The translations under genes were made by a program, and so were the position numbers. The notes beneath the pieces were generated by a model that did no database searches, had not been told where the DNA came from, and saw only the letters and a program-made list of their open reading frames with translations. From Deltaproteobacteria bacterium (GTDB lineage Bacteria; Myxococcota_A; Polyangia; Fen-1088), in NCBI GenBank assembly GCA_033763315.1, contig JANRKS010000001.1, forward strand, positions 247,587 through 311,586: a stretch of 64,000 nucleotides of DNA. The letters are read 5' to 3'. Every line of letters starts with the position of its first letter. Within the stretch, counting starts at the first letter, position 1. This document shows, one piece after another, positions 27,113 through 35,629 of this stretch.

Positions 27113-29944
27113 ATGAGATCCAACGCCGCCGAGACGCGGCCGCAATACAAGATCTTGGGACGCTTCCATTGCCAAGAGGCATTGGAGAGCGTTCCGCCGT
27201 TTGTGACCTACCGGGCCCGCACGCAGGGGCTGGCTGGGTTCGAGCGCGTTTTTGCGGTGAAGGTGTTGCCGGCCGATGCGCCTGTCACCCGCATTGATGC
27301 TGGGCAACGCTTGCTTGAGGCCGCGGCGCGCGCCACCGCGGCCAAGGACGTGCGCCTCGGCCAGGTCGTGGATTCAGGCACGGCGCCCGACGGTTCAATC
27401 TATGTCGCCACGGAATTCGTTTTCGGCCTGAACCTGGCCTCTTTGCGCACGGGACTGCTGGTGGATTCGACCGGTGAGCGAACGGCGATGACGATGCTGT
27501 TGGCGCATCTGGCAGCGGAAATTGCCGGGGCGTTGGCCGCCGCGCACGAGATGAAGCCGCCGTTGGTGCACGGCGCCTTGGGGCCCAACAACATCTTTTT
27601 GACCGTACGGGGCGCGGTGAAAGTCATCGACTTTGGGCAACGGATGGCGGTGGCGCCTGGTCGTTTGGCAGGAGCCAAGCGGCAGCTATCGGCTTATGCG
27701 GCGCCTGAATTGTTGTTGGCTGGCGACGGATCGGCGGAAGCCGACGTGTTTGCCTTGGGATCGATGTTGTTCGAGATAGCCACCGGCAAAACGCCTCCTT
27801 CGGCGCGCAACCCACGCAGCGCATCCGACTTGGCGCGGTCGCTGAGTGTGTTGCCGCCCGATCTGGCCGAAGTGTTGACGTCGCTGCTGCGGGCGGATCC
27901 CGCCAAGCGGCCGACCGCGCGCGCGGCGGAAGTGGCACTTCGTCAGTCGGCCACGGGCTTGTCGGAACCTGAGCTTCGCGCGCACCTTGCAGGGCTGGCA
28001 CGCAGGTTGACCTCACCGGCGGCGGCGCCTGCCACTTCGGCTGAAAGCATGGTGGTGCCAATGCCTATGCCGGTGCAGAGCAATCCCACCGCCGTCGCTG
28101 CGCCCGCCACAGCGTCGCGCGAGGATCTGCGCAAAACACGCCCGGCGCGGTTGCCCAGCGAAGCGGATCCCGTGCGCCACACAGCACCCACGGCACGGCC
28201 GCCGGAGCCGATGATGCCGGCCGAGCTTGAGGCTCGTGGTGCGGTGGCGCCCGAGCCGATGAACACGCTGCCGTTCGCGGCCCTGATCGAAAGCGGTTTG
28301 GCGGGCGCCGTTCCCGGGCAAAGCAGCCAAGCGGGTCAAACGGCCGAAGTGGCACCGAGTTTGGCCGATGTGGCCTTGACGGCCGAGGGCGCCGCGGCCG
28401 ATGGCGGCGTGCAGGCGGCGGTGGTGGGCGAGGGCTCAAGCATGCTCGAGCTGTCGCTTGACGACCTTGAGGCGGTGCCTGCGCCGGAAGCAGAAGGGCT
28501 GGCGCCGGTGGCGGCCCAAGCGGTGCGCGAGACCTCGGGGCCTACGGCGCCTCTGCGACCGCCCAAAGTTCCGCCGTCACCTGTGGCCGGCATGGCTGCC
28601 GCCAGCGTCAAGCCGAACATGGAGAACATCACGACGGGCGAGATGAACGCGATGTTCGCGCCAGGAGTTATGGGCGACGTGTTCGACCCGGGTGCCACAA
28701 CCGAGGCCCCCGGTCTTTCGGAGGCGAGCGATGACGACTTTGAGGATGCCGAGACGGGCGCGTTTCGGCGCGGCATGTTTGCCAAGCTGATGGGCAACGA
28801 CGCCGAGACGCCCGTGCGCCCACCGCCGCCGATGGAGTTGGTGTTTCCACAAGACGCGGACGATCCCGCGAACGCTTCAACGCCTTGGAACCTTGAGGCC
28901 GAAGCGCCAAGCGGCTTTCACAGCGCGGCTGTGGAAGGCACAAATGAAGTGGGCGACGAGCAGCTTGTCATTTCAGGCGTGCATGCGGCCGCGCCACCGC
29001 CTCATCTTGAGGGCCCCAGCGCCACGCCGGCCTACGAAGAGCCGGCCGAAGAGGACGCCGGGGGGGCAGATTCCGACGAAGGCCCAGACGCTGATGAGCC
29101 TGAAGCCGGGGCGTACGTGCACCAGGCCTTGTCGGACGACAGCGACTTGGACGTTGCGCCGAAGGGCAGCGGCAAGCGACGTCTGGCCATCACGCTGGCC
29201 ACAGCCGCGGTTGTGGCTTCGCTGGGCGGCCTGGTGGGCGGTTACTTCGTGGGCCGCAAACCCGCGGGCGTGCGACAGCGGCCGGCTTTGCCCGAAGGTT
29301 TGGCCTCTGCGCCGATCGCGGCGCCGAGCCCGGCCGAAGAGCCAACCCCGGTAAGGGCAGCAGAGGCGGAAGCCGAGCCTACCCCGCAAGCCAAGCCAAC
29401 CCCGGTGAGGGCGGAAGCCGAGCCGCAGGCGGAAGCCAAGCCAACCCCGGTGACGGCGGGGTCAACCCCGGTGGGAGTGGGGCAAGGGGGGCCAGCGCCG
29501 CGGGATGTGCAAGGTCGGTTGCATGTGACGTTCAAGACGCAGCCCGTGGGAGCTGTGTTGTGGATCAACGGCGGGGAGCGCGGTTTGACTCCCGTGCGCA
29601 CCGAACTCAAAGAGCGACACAAGACGTTGGTTCTGATCAAAGCTGGGTTCCGGCACATTGTTGAAGAGTTGGATCACAGCACGTTGATGGCGGAACGTGT
29701 CTATGAGCTGCAGCCGGTGGCGGCGCCGCAAGGGTCCGCGGCCGTGCGCGTGGAGTGCGAGCAAGAGGGCAAGTATCCGATCCTCATTGACGGTGACGAC
29801 ACGGGTCTGTTGTGCCCTGCGCTGGTGCGTGCCAGCGCGGGTGAACACATCGTGTCGATCTATGTGCCGTGGCGTTTTAAAGCGTACGAAAACAAGCTGA
29901 CGTTGAGCGCAGGCAGAACGAAGATCACCAAGTTCGCAAAGTAA
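27113..29944 (+). CDS. Membrane-anchored Ser/Thr pseudokinase with long acidic/Pro-rich linker and C-terminal PEGA-like domains
   Basis: GFERVFAVK, DFG, YAAPE, ADVFALG present; HRD replaced by HGA; no Gly-loop. One TM segment (RRLAITLATAAVVASLGGLVGGYFV); T.P.GA..WING..RG.TP. Confidence 0.8.
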   Translation: MRSNAAETRPQYKILGRFHCQEALESVPPFVTYRARTQGLAGFERVFAVKVLPADAPVTRIDAGQRLLEAAARATAAKDVRLGQVVDSGTAPDGSIYVATEFVFGLNLASLRTGLLVDSTGERTAMTMLLAHLAAEIAGALAAAHEMKPPLVHGALGPNNIFLTVRGAVKVIDFGQRMAVAPGRLAGAKRQLSAYAAPELLLAGDGSAEADVFALGSMLFEIATGKTPPSARNPRSASDLARSLSVLPPDLAEVLTSLLRADPAKRPTARAAEVALRQSATGLSEPELRAHLAGLARRLTSPAAAPATSAESMVVPMPMPVQSNPTAVAAPATASREDLRKTRPARLPSEADPVRHTAPTARPPEPMMPAELEARGAVAPEPMNTLPFAALIESGLAGAVPGQSSQAGQTAEVAPSLADVALTAEGAAADGGVQAAVVGEGSSMLELSLDDLEAVPAPEAEGLAPVAAQAVRETSGPTAPLRPPKVPPSPVAGMAAASVKPNMENITTGEMNAMFAPGVMGDVFDPGATTEAPGLSEASDDDFEDAETGAFRRGMFAKLMGNDAETPVRPPPPMELVFPQDADDPANASTPWNLEAEAPSGFHSAAVEGTNEVGDEQLVISGVHAAAPPPHLEGPSATPAYEEPAEEDAGGADSDEGPDADEPEAGAYVHQALSDDSDLDVAPKGSGKRRLAITLATAAVVASLGGLVGGYFVGRKPAGVRQRPALPEGLASAPIAAPSPAEEPTPVRAAEAEAEPTPQAKPTPVRAEAEPQAEAKPTPVTAGSTPVGVGQGGPAPRDVQGRLHVTFKTQPVGAVLWINGGERGLTPVRTELKERHKTLVLIKAGFRHIVEELDHSTLMAERVYELQPVAAPQGSAAVRVECEQEGKYPILIDGDDTGLLCPALVRASAGEHIVSIYVPWRFKAYENKLTLSAGRTKITKFAK

Positions 29945-29947
29945 CTT

Positions 29948-32900
29948 TTGCCGCGGCGGGCTCAAGGCGCCTCAAGCTTTGGTGGCGTTCTTGCGATCTA
30001 TGGGCGGTGCTCTTTTACCGTTGAGCTGGCCAAACGCACGTCGCAAACGCTTTTGGTATGGGCGTTCGCTGTGTGTGTCATTGCAAGCGTGTTTGGTGGC
30101 TGCGATGTCGCGCCTGCAGGCAACCAAACCACCGTTGTGTCGCAAGCTTTAACGTGCGTGGCGCCCGCGGTTGAAGTGGCGTGCGTGAACGATTCTGATT
30201 GCAACCGGCCCTGCGCCACGGGGCTGTGCTCGAAGGCCACGGGCACGTGCCAATTTTGTTTATTGGATGCGAGCACGCAGTGCCGCGCGGCTGATCCAAC
30301 TAAGGCGTGCGACGCCGCTGATTTTTGTAACCCCGCGGGTGCCACGCCATGGTTGTGCCCCGGTGATGCACCGAAAGCCGCCGGCAGCGTGTGCCGGCCG
30401 ACGGCGGGATCGTGTGACCTTGCCGAGACGTGCGACGGCACATCATTCGCGTGCCCGGCAGATAAGTTCAGCAGCGCGGCCACCACGTGTCGTGCCGCTG
30501 TGGCCGGCGGTTGTGACGTGGCCGAATCCTGCACAGGCACCTCGGCGGCGTGTCCGGCGGACGCGGTGAAGAGCGCGGGCACTGTGTGTCGCGCCTCCGC
30601 TGGCGCGTGCGACGTTGCCGCTGAGACATGCGATGGCACAAGCAACACGTGCCCCGCAGATGTTTTCAAACCATCGGGCACTGTGTGCCGTCCTTTGAAC
30701 GGCGCGTGCGACGCGGTGGCGGAAACCTGCAATGGCAGCACGGGTGTGTGCCCTGCCGATTCGTTCTTGCCTGCAGGCACCGTGTGCCGCGCCGACAATG
30801 GCGGTGGCTGCGACGTGGCTGAAACGTGCACGGGCAGTTCAACGTCGTGCCCCAGCGACGGTGGCAAGGCCAATGGCACCGTGTGCCGGGCCAAAGCCGA
30901 TCTGTGCGATCAAGCTGAAACCTGCAACGGCACTTCCCAGGTTTGCCCGGCCGACAAACTTGCGGCCGCGGGCACCACGTGTCGTGCGGCCGGCGCGGGT
31001 GGCTGTGACGCGGCGGAGGTGTGCACAGGTGCCAGCATCAGTTGTCCCGCTGATGCCTTCGCCGCCGCGGGCACCATCTGTCGCGCGGCCGCGGCGGGTG
31101 GCTGTGACGTGGCTGAAGCTTGCACGGGTGCAACCGGCACGTGCCCGGCCGACGTCGTACAACCAGCAGGCACCGTGTGCCGTGCGCTCAATGGTGCGTG
31201 TGACGTGGCTGCCGAAACCTGCACGGGCAGCAGCAACGCGTGCCCCGCCGATAGCTTTCGACCAAGTTCATTCGTGTGTCGCCCTGACAACGGCATGGGC
31301 TGCGACGTGGCTGAGAGATGCCCAGGCAACAGCAACGCGTGCCCCGCGGACGCGGGCAAAGCGACGGGCACCGTGTGCCGCGCGAAGGCGGATTTGTGCG
31401 ACGCCGCGGAAACGTGCAATGGCACACCCGCGGCCTGCCCCGCGGACGTGATCGCATCGGCGGGCACCGTGTGCCGCGCCGCTGTGGCGGGCGGGTGCGA
31501 CGTGGCTGAAACGTGTTCAGGCAGCGGCATCGCGTGCCCTGCGGATGTGGTGCGACCCGCAGGCACCGTGTGCCGTGCGCTCAATGGCGCGTGTGACGTG
31601 GCTGCCGAAACCTGCACAGGCAGCAGCAACGCCTGCCCGGCCAATACGTTTGCGCCCAACACAACGGTGTGCCGACCCGACAACGGTGGCGGGTGTGACG
31701 TGGCGGAGATGTGTCCCGGCAACGCCGCCGCATGCCCCTCCGACAAAGGCAAAGGTTCAGGCGTTGTGTGCCGCGCCGCCAGCGATCTGTGCGATGTGGC
31801 TGAGACCTGTGGTGCCACTTCCGCTGCATGCCCCACCGACAAGCTGGCCACGGCGGGCACAACATGTCGCGCGGCTGCACCCAATAGCTGCGACGCCCCT
31901 GAGGTGTGCTCTGGCATGACGGCCGCGTGCCCTGCGGACGTGTTGAAACCAGCGGGCAGCGTGTGTCGCGCGCTCAACGGCGCCTGCGACGTGGTGGCTG
32001 AGACGTGTGATGGAGCCACGAGCACGTGCCCGGCCGATACATTCAAACCCGCAGGCACAGTGTGCCGCGCCGACAATGGTGGTGGTTGCGACGTGCCCGA
32101 AGCTTGCACAGGCAGCAGCAACGCGTGTCCCGCTGACGCAGGCAAGGCCACAGGCACTGTGTGTCGCGCCGCGATCGATACATGCGATGTGGCTGAAGCG
32201 TGTGCAGGCACCTCTGCGGCGTGTGGCACCGATAAGTTTGTGTCCGCGGGCACCACATGCCGAACGGCGGCGGGCGCCTGTGACGCGCCCGAGGTGTGCA
32301 CAGGAATGACGGGCTCGTGCCCCGGCGACATCGTGAAAACATCAGGCACTGTGTGCCGTGCGGCCGCCGCGGGTGGTTGCGATCTCGCGGAGACGTGCAA
32401 CGGCACAGCCATCACGTGCCCCGTCGATGGCTTTCAACCGGCGTCTACCGTGTGCCGAGCCACCGCGGGCGCGTGCGACGTCGAGGAAAACTGCACGGGC
32501 TCGGCGGCGGCGTGCCCCGCGGATGCGTTTGCCGCGGCGGGCGTGACGTGTCGTGCGGCCACCGGCGTGTGCGATGCATCCGAAGCGTGCCCTGGCAACG
32601 CGGCCGCGTGCCCCGCCGACGCCAGTGCGCCCAACAACACGTTGTGTGACGACGGCAACGTATGCAACGGCATCAGCAAATGCCTAAGCGGCGCTTGCAA
32701 GCCCGGCACACCGCCCGTTTGCGACACGGGCAACCCCTGTGTCACCGACAGCTGCGATCCCGGCACCGGATGCAAAAGCGCTCAGCTGCCCAACGGCACG
32801 GCGTGTTCCGATGGGCGCTATTGCACGATCAACGACGTGTGCACCAACGGCACCTGTGGCGGCAACGCACGCGATTGCGGCACGCCGGCCCAAAGCTGCC

Positions 32901-35629
32901 TGCTGGCCGCTTGTGACGACGCCACCTCAAGCTGCAAGTTGCAAGCGAACCCTTCGGGCCCCGCCTGCAAAGACGACTCAATCAAGCCGTACATGATGGT
33001 GATCGTGGATACCTCAGGCTCGATGGACGCCAGCACGGGCGTGGGCAAAAACTCGTGTGGGCGCACCAAGAGCCGTCTTTCCGACGCCAAATGCGTGCTC
33101 ACCGACATCGTGAATTCATACGGCGATGTGGTGTTCGGCCTTGAACGCTTCAAGGAGAACACAAGCGGCACACCCATGTCGGGTGCCAATGGCTGCGGGG
33201 CGCATGATTGCCAATCGTCATGTCCCGAAAGTTGCAATGCCTGCACCGTGAACACGTTGTTGTGCAACACCTGTGATCCCACAGCGGCCACGCCCGCCGC
33301 AGGCAATTGTCCGGCGTTGGGTGGCGACGCTTCACAAGGTGAGATCTTGGCGCCCATCGTGGATCACCAGCACGATCAGCTGCTGAAGTGGGTGAACTAC
33401 ACCGTCAATGGTTGTGAATCCACGGCCACGGATCCCGAGCTATCGGCCGATACGTGGACGCCCATTGGCGGCGCTCTGCGCGGGGCACGCCGGTATTTTC
33501 AAGGCGGCGATTCAGTGTTTGCCCAAAGCCCCATCGATCCCACGAACGCTTGCCGGCCGTATTACGTGATCTTGCTGACCGACGGTGACGAATCGTGCAC
33601 CACGTTTACCGAAACGTTAGCGGCCACCGATGAACTGCGCGCCACGGCCTATGGTGGACGCACGTACGACATCAAAACGTACACGATCGGCATCGGCATC
33701 ACGCCCGCAAGCCCGTCAGGCACGCGGCTGCAAACCATCGCGAGCCATGGCGGAACCACCGCGTATTACGCAAGTGATGAGCAGTCGCTGGCCCTGGCGT
33801 TCGCGAAGATCTTGAAGGACTCGCTGCTTGTGGAAGTGTGTGACGGCAAAGACAACAACTGCAACGGCCTGGTGGACGAGGGCTTCACGCTTTACTGCGA
33901 CAAGAAGACCAATCACCCCACGGCCGATCTGTGCGCGAACCCAGGCGATCCTTGTGACGGCGTGGACGACAATTGTTTTGGTGGCGTGACGGATGAAGTG
34001 CACAACGCGTGCGGCACGTGTGGCGCGGCGCCCACTGAAGTGTGCAATAGCCTGGACGACAATTGCGACGGACGCGTTGACGAAGGGTTGAACTGCACGT
34101 GCATCGTGCAGCCTGAGATCTGCGACAACGTCGACAACGATTGCGACGGCGAGACCGACGAAACCCTGACGCGCGCCTGCGGCTCAAACGTTGGCGCGTG
34201 CACGCCTGGCGTTGAGACGTGCCAGGCAGGCGTGTGGCAAGGCTGCACCGCCAATAATGGCATGCCAGAGTTGTGCAACGGCATCGACGATGATTGCGAT
34301 GGCGTGACCGACGGCATCGCGCAGGCGTGTGGCCACCCGGCCGTGGGCACGTGCCAACCGGGAACTCAGGTGTGCAAAGGCGGCGCGTGGAACGCGTGTG
34401 CGGGCAACGTGGAGCCCGTTGCCGAATTGTGTGACGGCCTCGACAACGATTGTGACGGCGAAACCGATGAGGGCAACCCCGGCGGTGGCGCCGCGTGCGA
34501 CACCTTGTGTGGCGCGGGTGCAGTGACGTGTGTGCAAGGCAAGCTCAGCTGCGTGAGCGCCGCCGGCAGCGGCAAGCCCGAACTGTGCAATGGCGAAGAC
34601 GACAACTGCAACGGGCTCGTAGACGAGGGCCTGGATATGTTGGGCTCGTGTGACAACAACGGCCTGCTGTGCGTGCCTGGCCAATCCAAGTGCCTTGCGG
34701 GCAAAGTGCAATGCGTAGGCGGTGCGCCTCCCGAAGTTGAAGTGTGCGATTGCAAAGACAACAACTGCGATGGCCAAGTGGACAACGGCAACCTGTGCGG
34801 TGCGGGCGCCACGTGTTTGGGTGCGGGTTACTGCCAGTGCGCGTTTCCATGCGCCGGCGGTGAATTCCCGTGCCCCGCGGGATACCGCTGCGCCGATGCC
34901 AGCGCCACGGCGCCCGGCTTTTGTGTTCAGGATCCGTGCGCGCAGGTGCGTTGCCCGCGTTTGCCCAATGGCACCACGCAGACGTGCGTGGACGGTGCGT
35001 GTGTGCCCCTGTGCAACATCATCACGTGCAACGCGGGATCGGTGTGCCGTGCGAATGATGGCCAATGCGTTGCCAACAACTGTCTGGGTTTGCCCGAGTT
35101 GTGCGGCCCCACGCAATTGTGCGCGGGTGGCACATGTGTTGAGAATTTGTGCAAAGACGTCACCTGCCCCGCGGGACAATTCTGCCGTCAAGGCGCGTGT
35201 GTGGGCAGTTGCAGCGGCGTCGTTTGCGCAGGCAAAACCAGTTGTCGAGACGGCACCTGCCAAAGCGATCTCTGCGCAGGTGTCGGGTGTCCCGCCAACG
35301 CTGTTTGTGATTCCGGCACAGGGCAGTGTGTGGCTGACGCGTGCTTGTTGGTGGTGTGCGGGCAAGGGCGTGTGTGCAACAACCTGTCAGGCCAATGCGA
35401 GGCGGATCCATGTACGGGCATCACGTGCCCTGCTGGACAGTTCTGCGCCAAAGGCAACTGCTTCTCCCCGCCAAACCCGGACGGCGACACGCCACGGCAG
35501 TACGTGGGCGTGCGCGGCACAGGCGTGCTGGGATGTGCCTACGCAAGCAAGGGACATGACCACAGCGGTCTGTGGCTGTGGCTCGCCATGGCGCTCGCCG
35601 CGGGCCGCGTGATCAGGAGGAAGCGATGA
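29948..35629 (+). CDS. Giant Cys-rich surface protein: 24 disintegrin-like repeats, VWA, 8 MopE-like repeats, EGF/FOLN-like repeats, MYXO-CTERM-like anchor (start uncertain)
   Basis: Repeats CR-x5/6-CD(V/L/A)xExCxGxxxxCPxD; MIDAS DTSGS, TPIG, LLTDG; E.C.G.D..C.G..DE repeats; C-terminus GCAY...LWLWLAMALAAGRVIRRKR. Confidence 0.85.
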   Translation: MPRRAQGASSFGGVLAIYGRCSFTVELAKRTSQTLLVWAFAVCVIASVFGGCDVAPAGNQTTVVSQALTCVAPAVEVACVNDSDCNRPCATGLCSKATGTCQFCLLDASTQCRAADPTKACDAADFCNPAGATPWLCPGDAPKAAGSVCRPTAGSCDLAETCDGTSFACPADKFSSAATTCRAAVAGGCDVAESCTGTSAACPADAVKSAGTVCRASAGACDVAAETCDGTSNTCPADVFKPSGTVCRPLNGACDAVAETCNGSTGVCPADSFLPAGTVCRADNGGGCDVAETCTGSSTSCPSDGGKANGTVCRAKADLCDQAETCNGTSQVCPADKLAAAGTTCRAAGAGGCDAAEVCTGASISCPADAFAAAGTICRAAAAGGCDVAEACTGATGTCPADVVQPAGTVCRALNGACDVAAETCTGSSNACPADSFRPSSFVCRPDNGMGCDVAERCPGNSNACPADAGKATGTVCRAKADLCDAAETCNGTPAACPADVIASAGTVCRAAVAGGCDVAETCSGSGIACPADVVRPAGTVCRALNGACDVAAETCTGSSNACPANTFAPNTTVCRPDNGGGCDVAEMCPGNAAACPSDKGKGSGVVCRAASDLCDVAETCGATSAACPTDKLATAGTTCRAAAPNSCDAPEVCSGMTAACPADVLKPAGSVCRALNGACDVVAETCDGATSTCPADTFKPAGTVCRADNGGGCDVPEACTGSSNACPADAGKATGTVCRAAIDTCDVAEACAGTSAACGTDKFVSAGTTCRTAAGACDAPEVCTGMTGSCPGDIVKTSGTVCRAAAAGGCDLAETCNGTAITCPVDGFQPASTVCRATAGACDVEENCTGSAAACPADAFAAAGVTCRAATGVCDASEACPGNAAACPADASAPNNTLCDDGNVCNGISKCLSGACKPGTPPVCDTGNPCVTDSCDPGTGCKSAQLPNGTACSDGRYCTINDVCTNGTCGGNARDCGTPAQSCLLAACDDATSSCKLQANPSGPACKDDSIKPYMMVIVDTSGSMDASTGVGKNSCGRTKSRLSDAKCVLTDIVNSYGDVVFGLERFKENTSGTPMSGANGCGAHDCQSSCPESCNACTVNTLLCNTCDPTAATPAAGNCPALGGDASQGEILAPIVDHQHDQLLKWVNYTVNGCESTATDPELSADTWTPIGGALRGARRYFQGGDSVFAQSPIDPTNACRPYYVILLTDGDESCTTFTETLAATDELRATAYGGRTYDIKTYTIGIGITPASPSGTRLQTIASHGGTTAYYASDEQSLALAFAKILKDSLLVEVCDGKDNNCNGLVDEGFTLYCDKKTNHPTADLCANPGDPCDGVDDNCFGGVTDEVHNACGTCGAAPTEVCNSLDDNCDGRVDEGLNCTCIVQPEICDNVDNDCDGETDETLTRACGSNVGACTPGVETCQAGVWQGCTANNGMPELCNGIDDDCDGVTDGIAQACGHPAVGTCQPGTQVCKGGAWNACAGNVEPVAELCDGLDNDCDGETDEGNPGGGAACDTLCGAGAVTCVQGKLSCVSAAGSGKPELCNGEDDNCNGLVDEGLDMLGSCDNNGLLCVPGQSKCLAGKVQCVGGAPPEVEVCDCKDNNCDGQVDNGNLCGAGATCLGAGYCQCAFPCAGGEFPCPAGYRCADASATAPGFCVQDPCAQVRCPRLPNGTTQTCVDGACVPLCNIITCNAGSVCRANDGQCVANNCLGLPELCGPTQLCAGGTCVENLCKDVTCPAGQFCRQGACVGSCSGVVCAGKTSCRDGTCQSDLCAGVGCPANAVCDSGTGQCVADACLLVVCGQGRVCNNLSGQCEADPCTGITCPAGQFCAKGNCFSPPNPDGDTPRQYVGVRGTGVLGCAYASKGHDHSGLWLWLAMALAAGRVIRRKR
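30281..32644 (+). repeat. Coding tandem array of 24 units of about 99 bp (disintegrin-like)
   Basis: Units counted in the translation, 4 Cys each, with near-identical nucleotide blocks (e.g. GCAGGCACCGTGTGCCGTGCGCTCAATGG). Confidence 0.9.

Noticed and set aside
30281-32644. CRISPR array or RGD integrin-binding disintegrin
   Set aside because: The repeats are in-frame coding units with no repeat-spacer structure and no cas genes. No RGD/KGD occurs in any loop.
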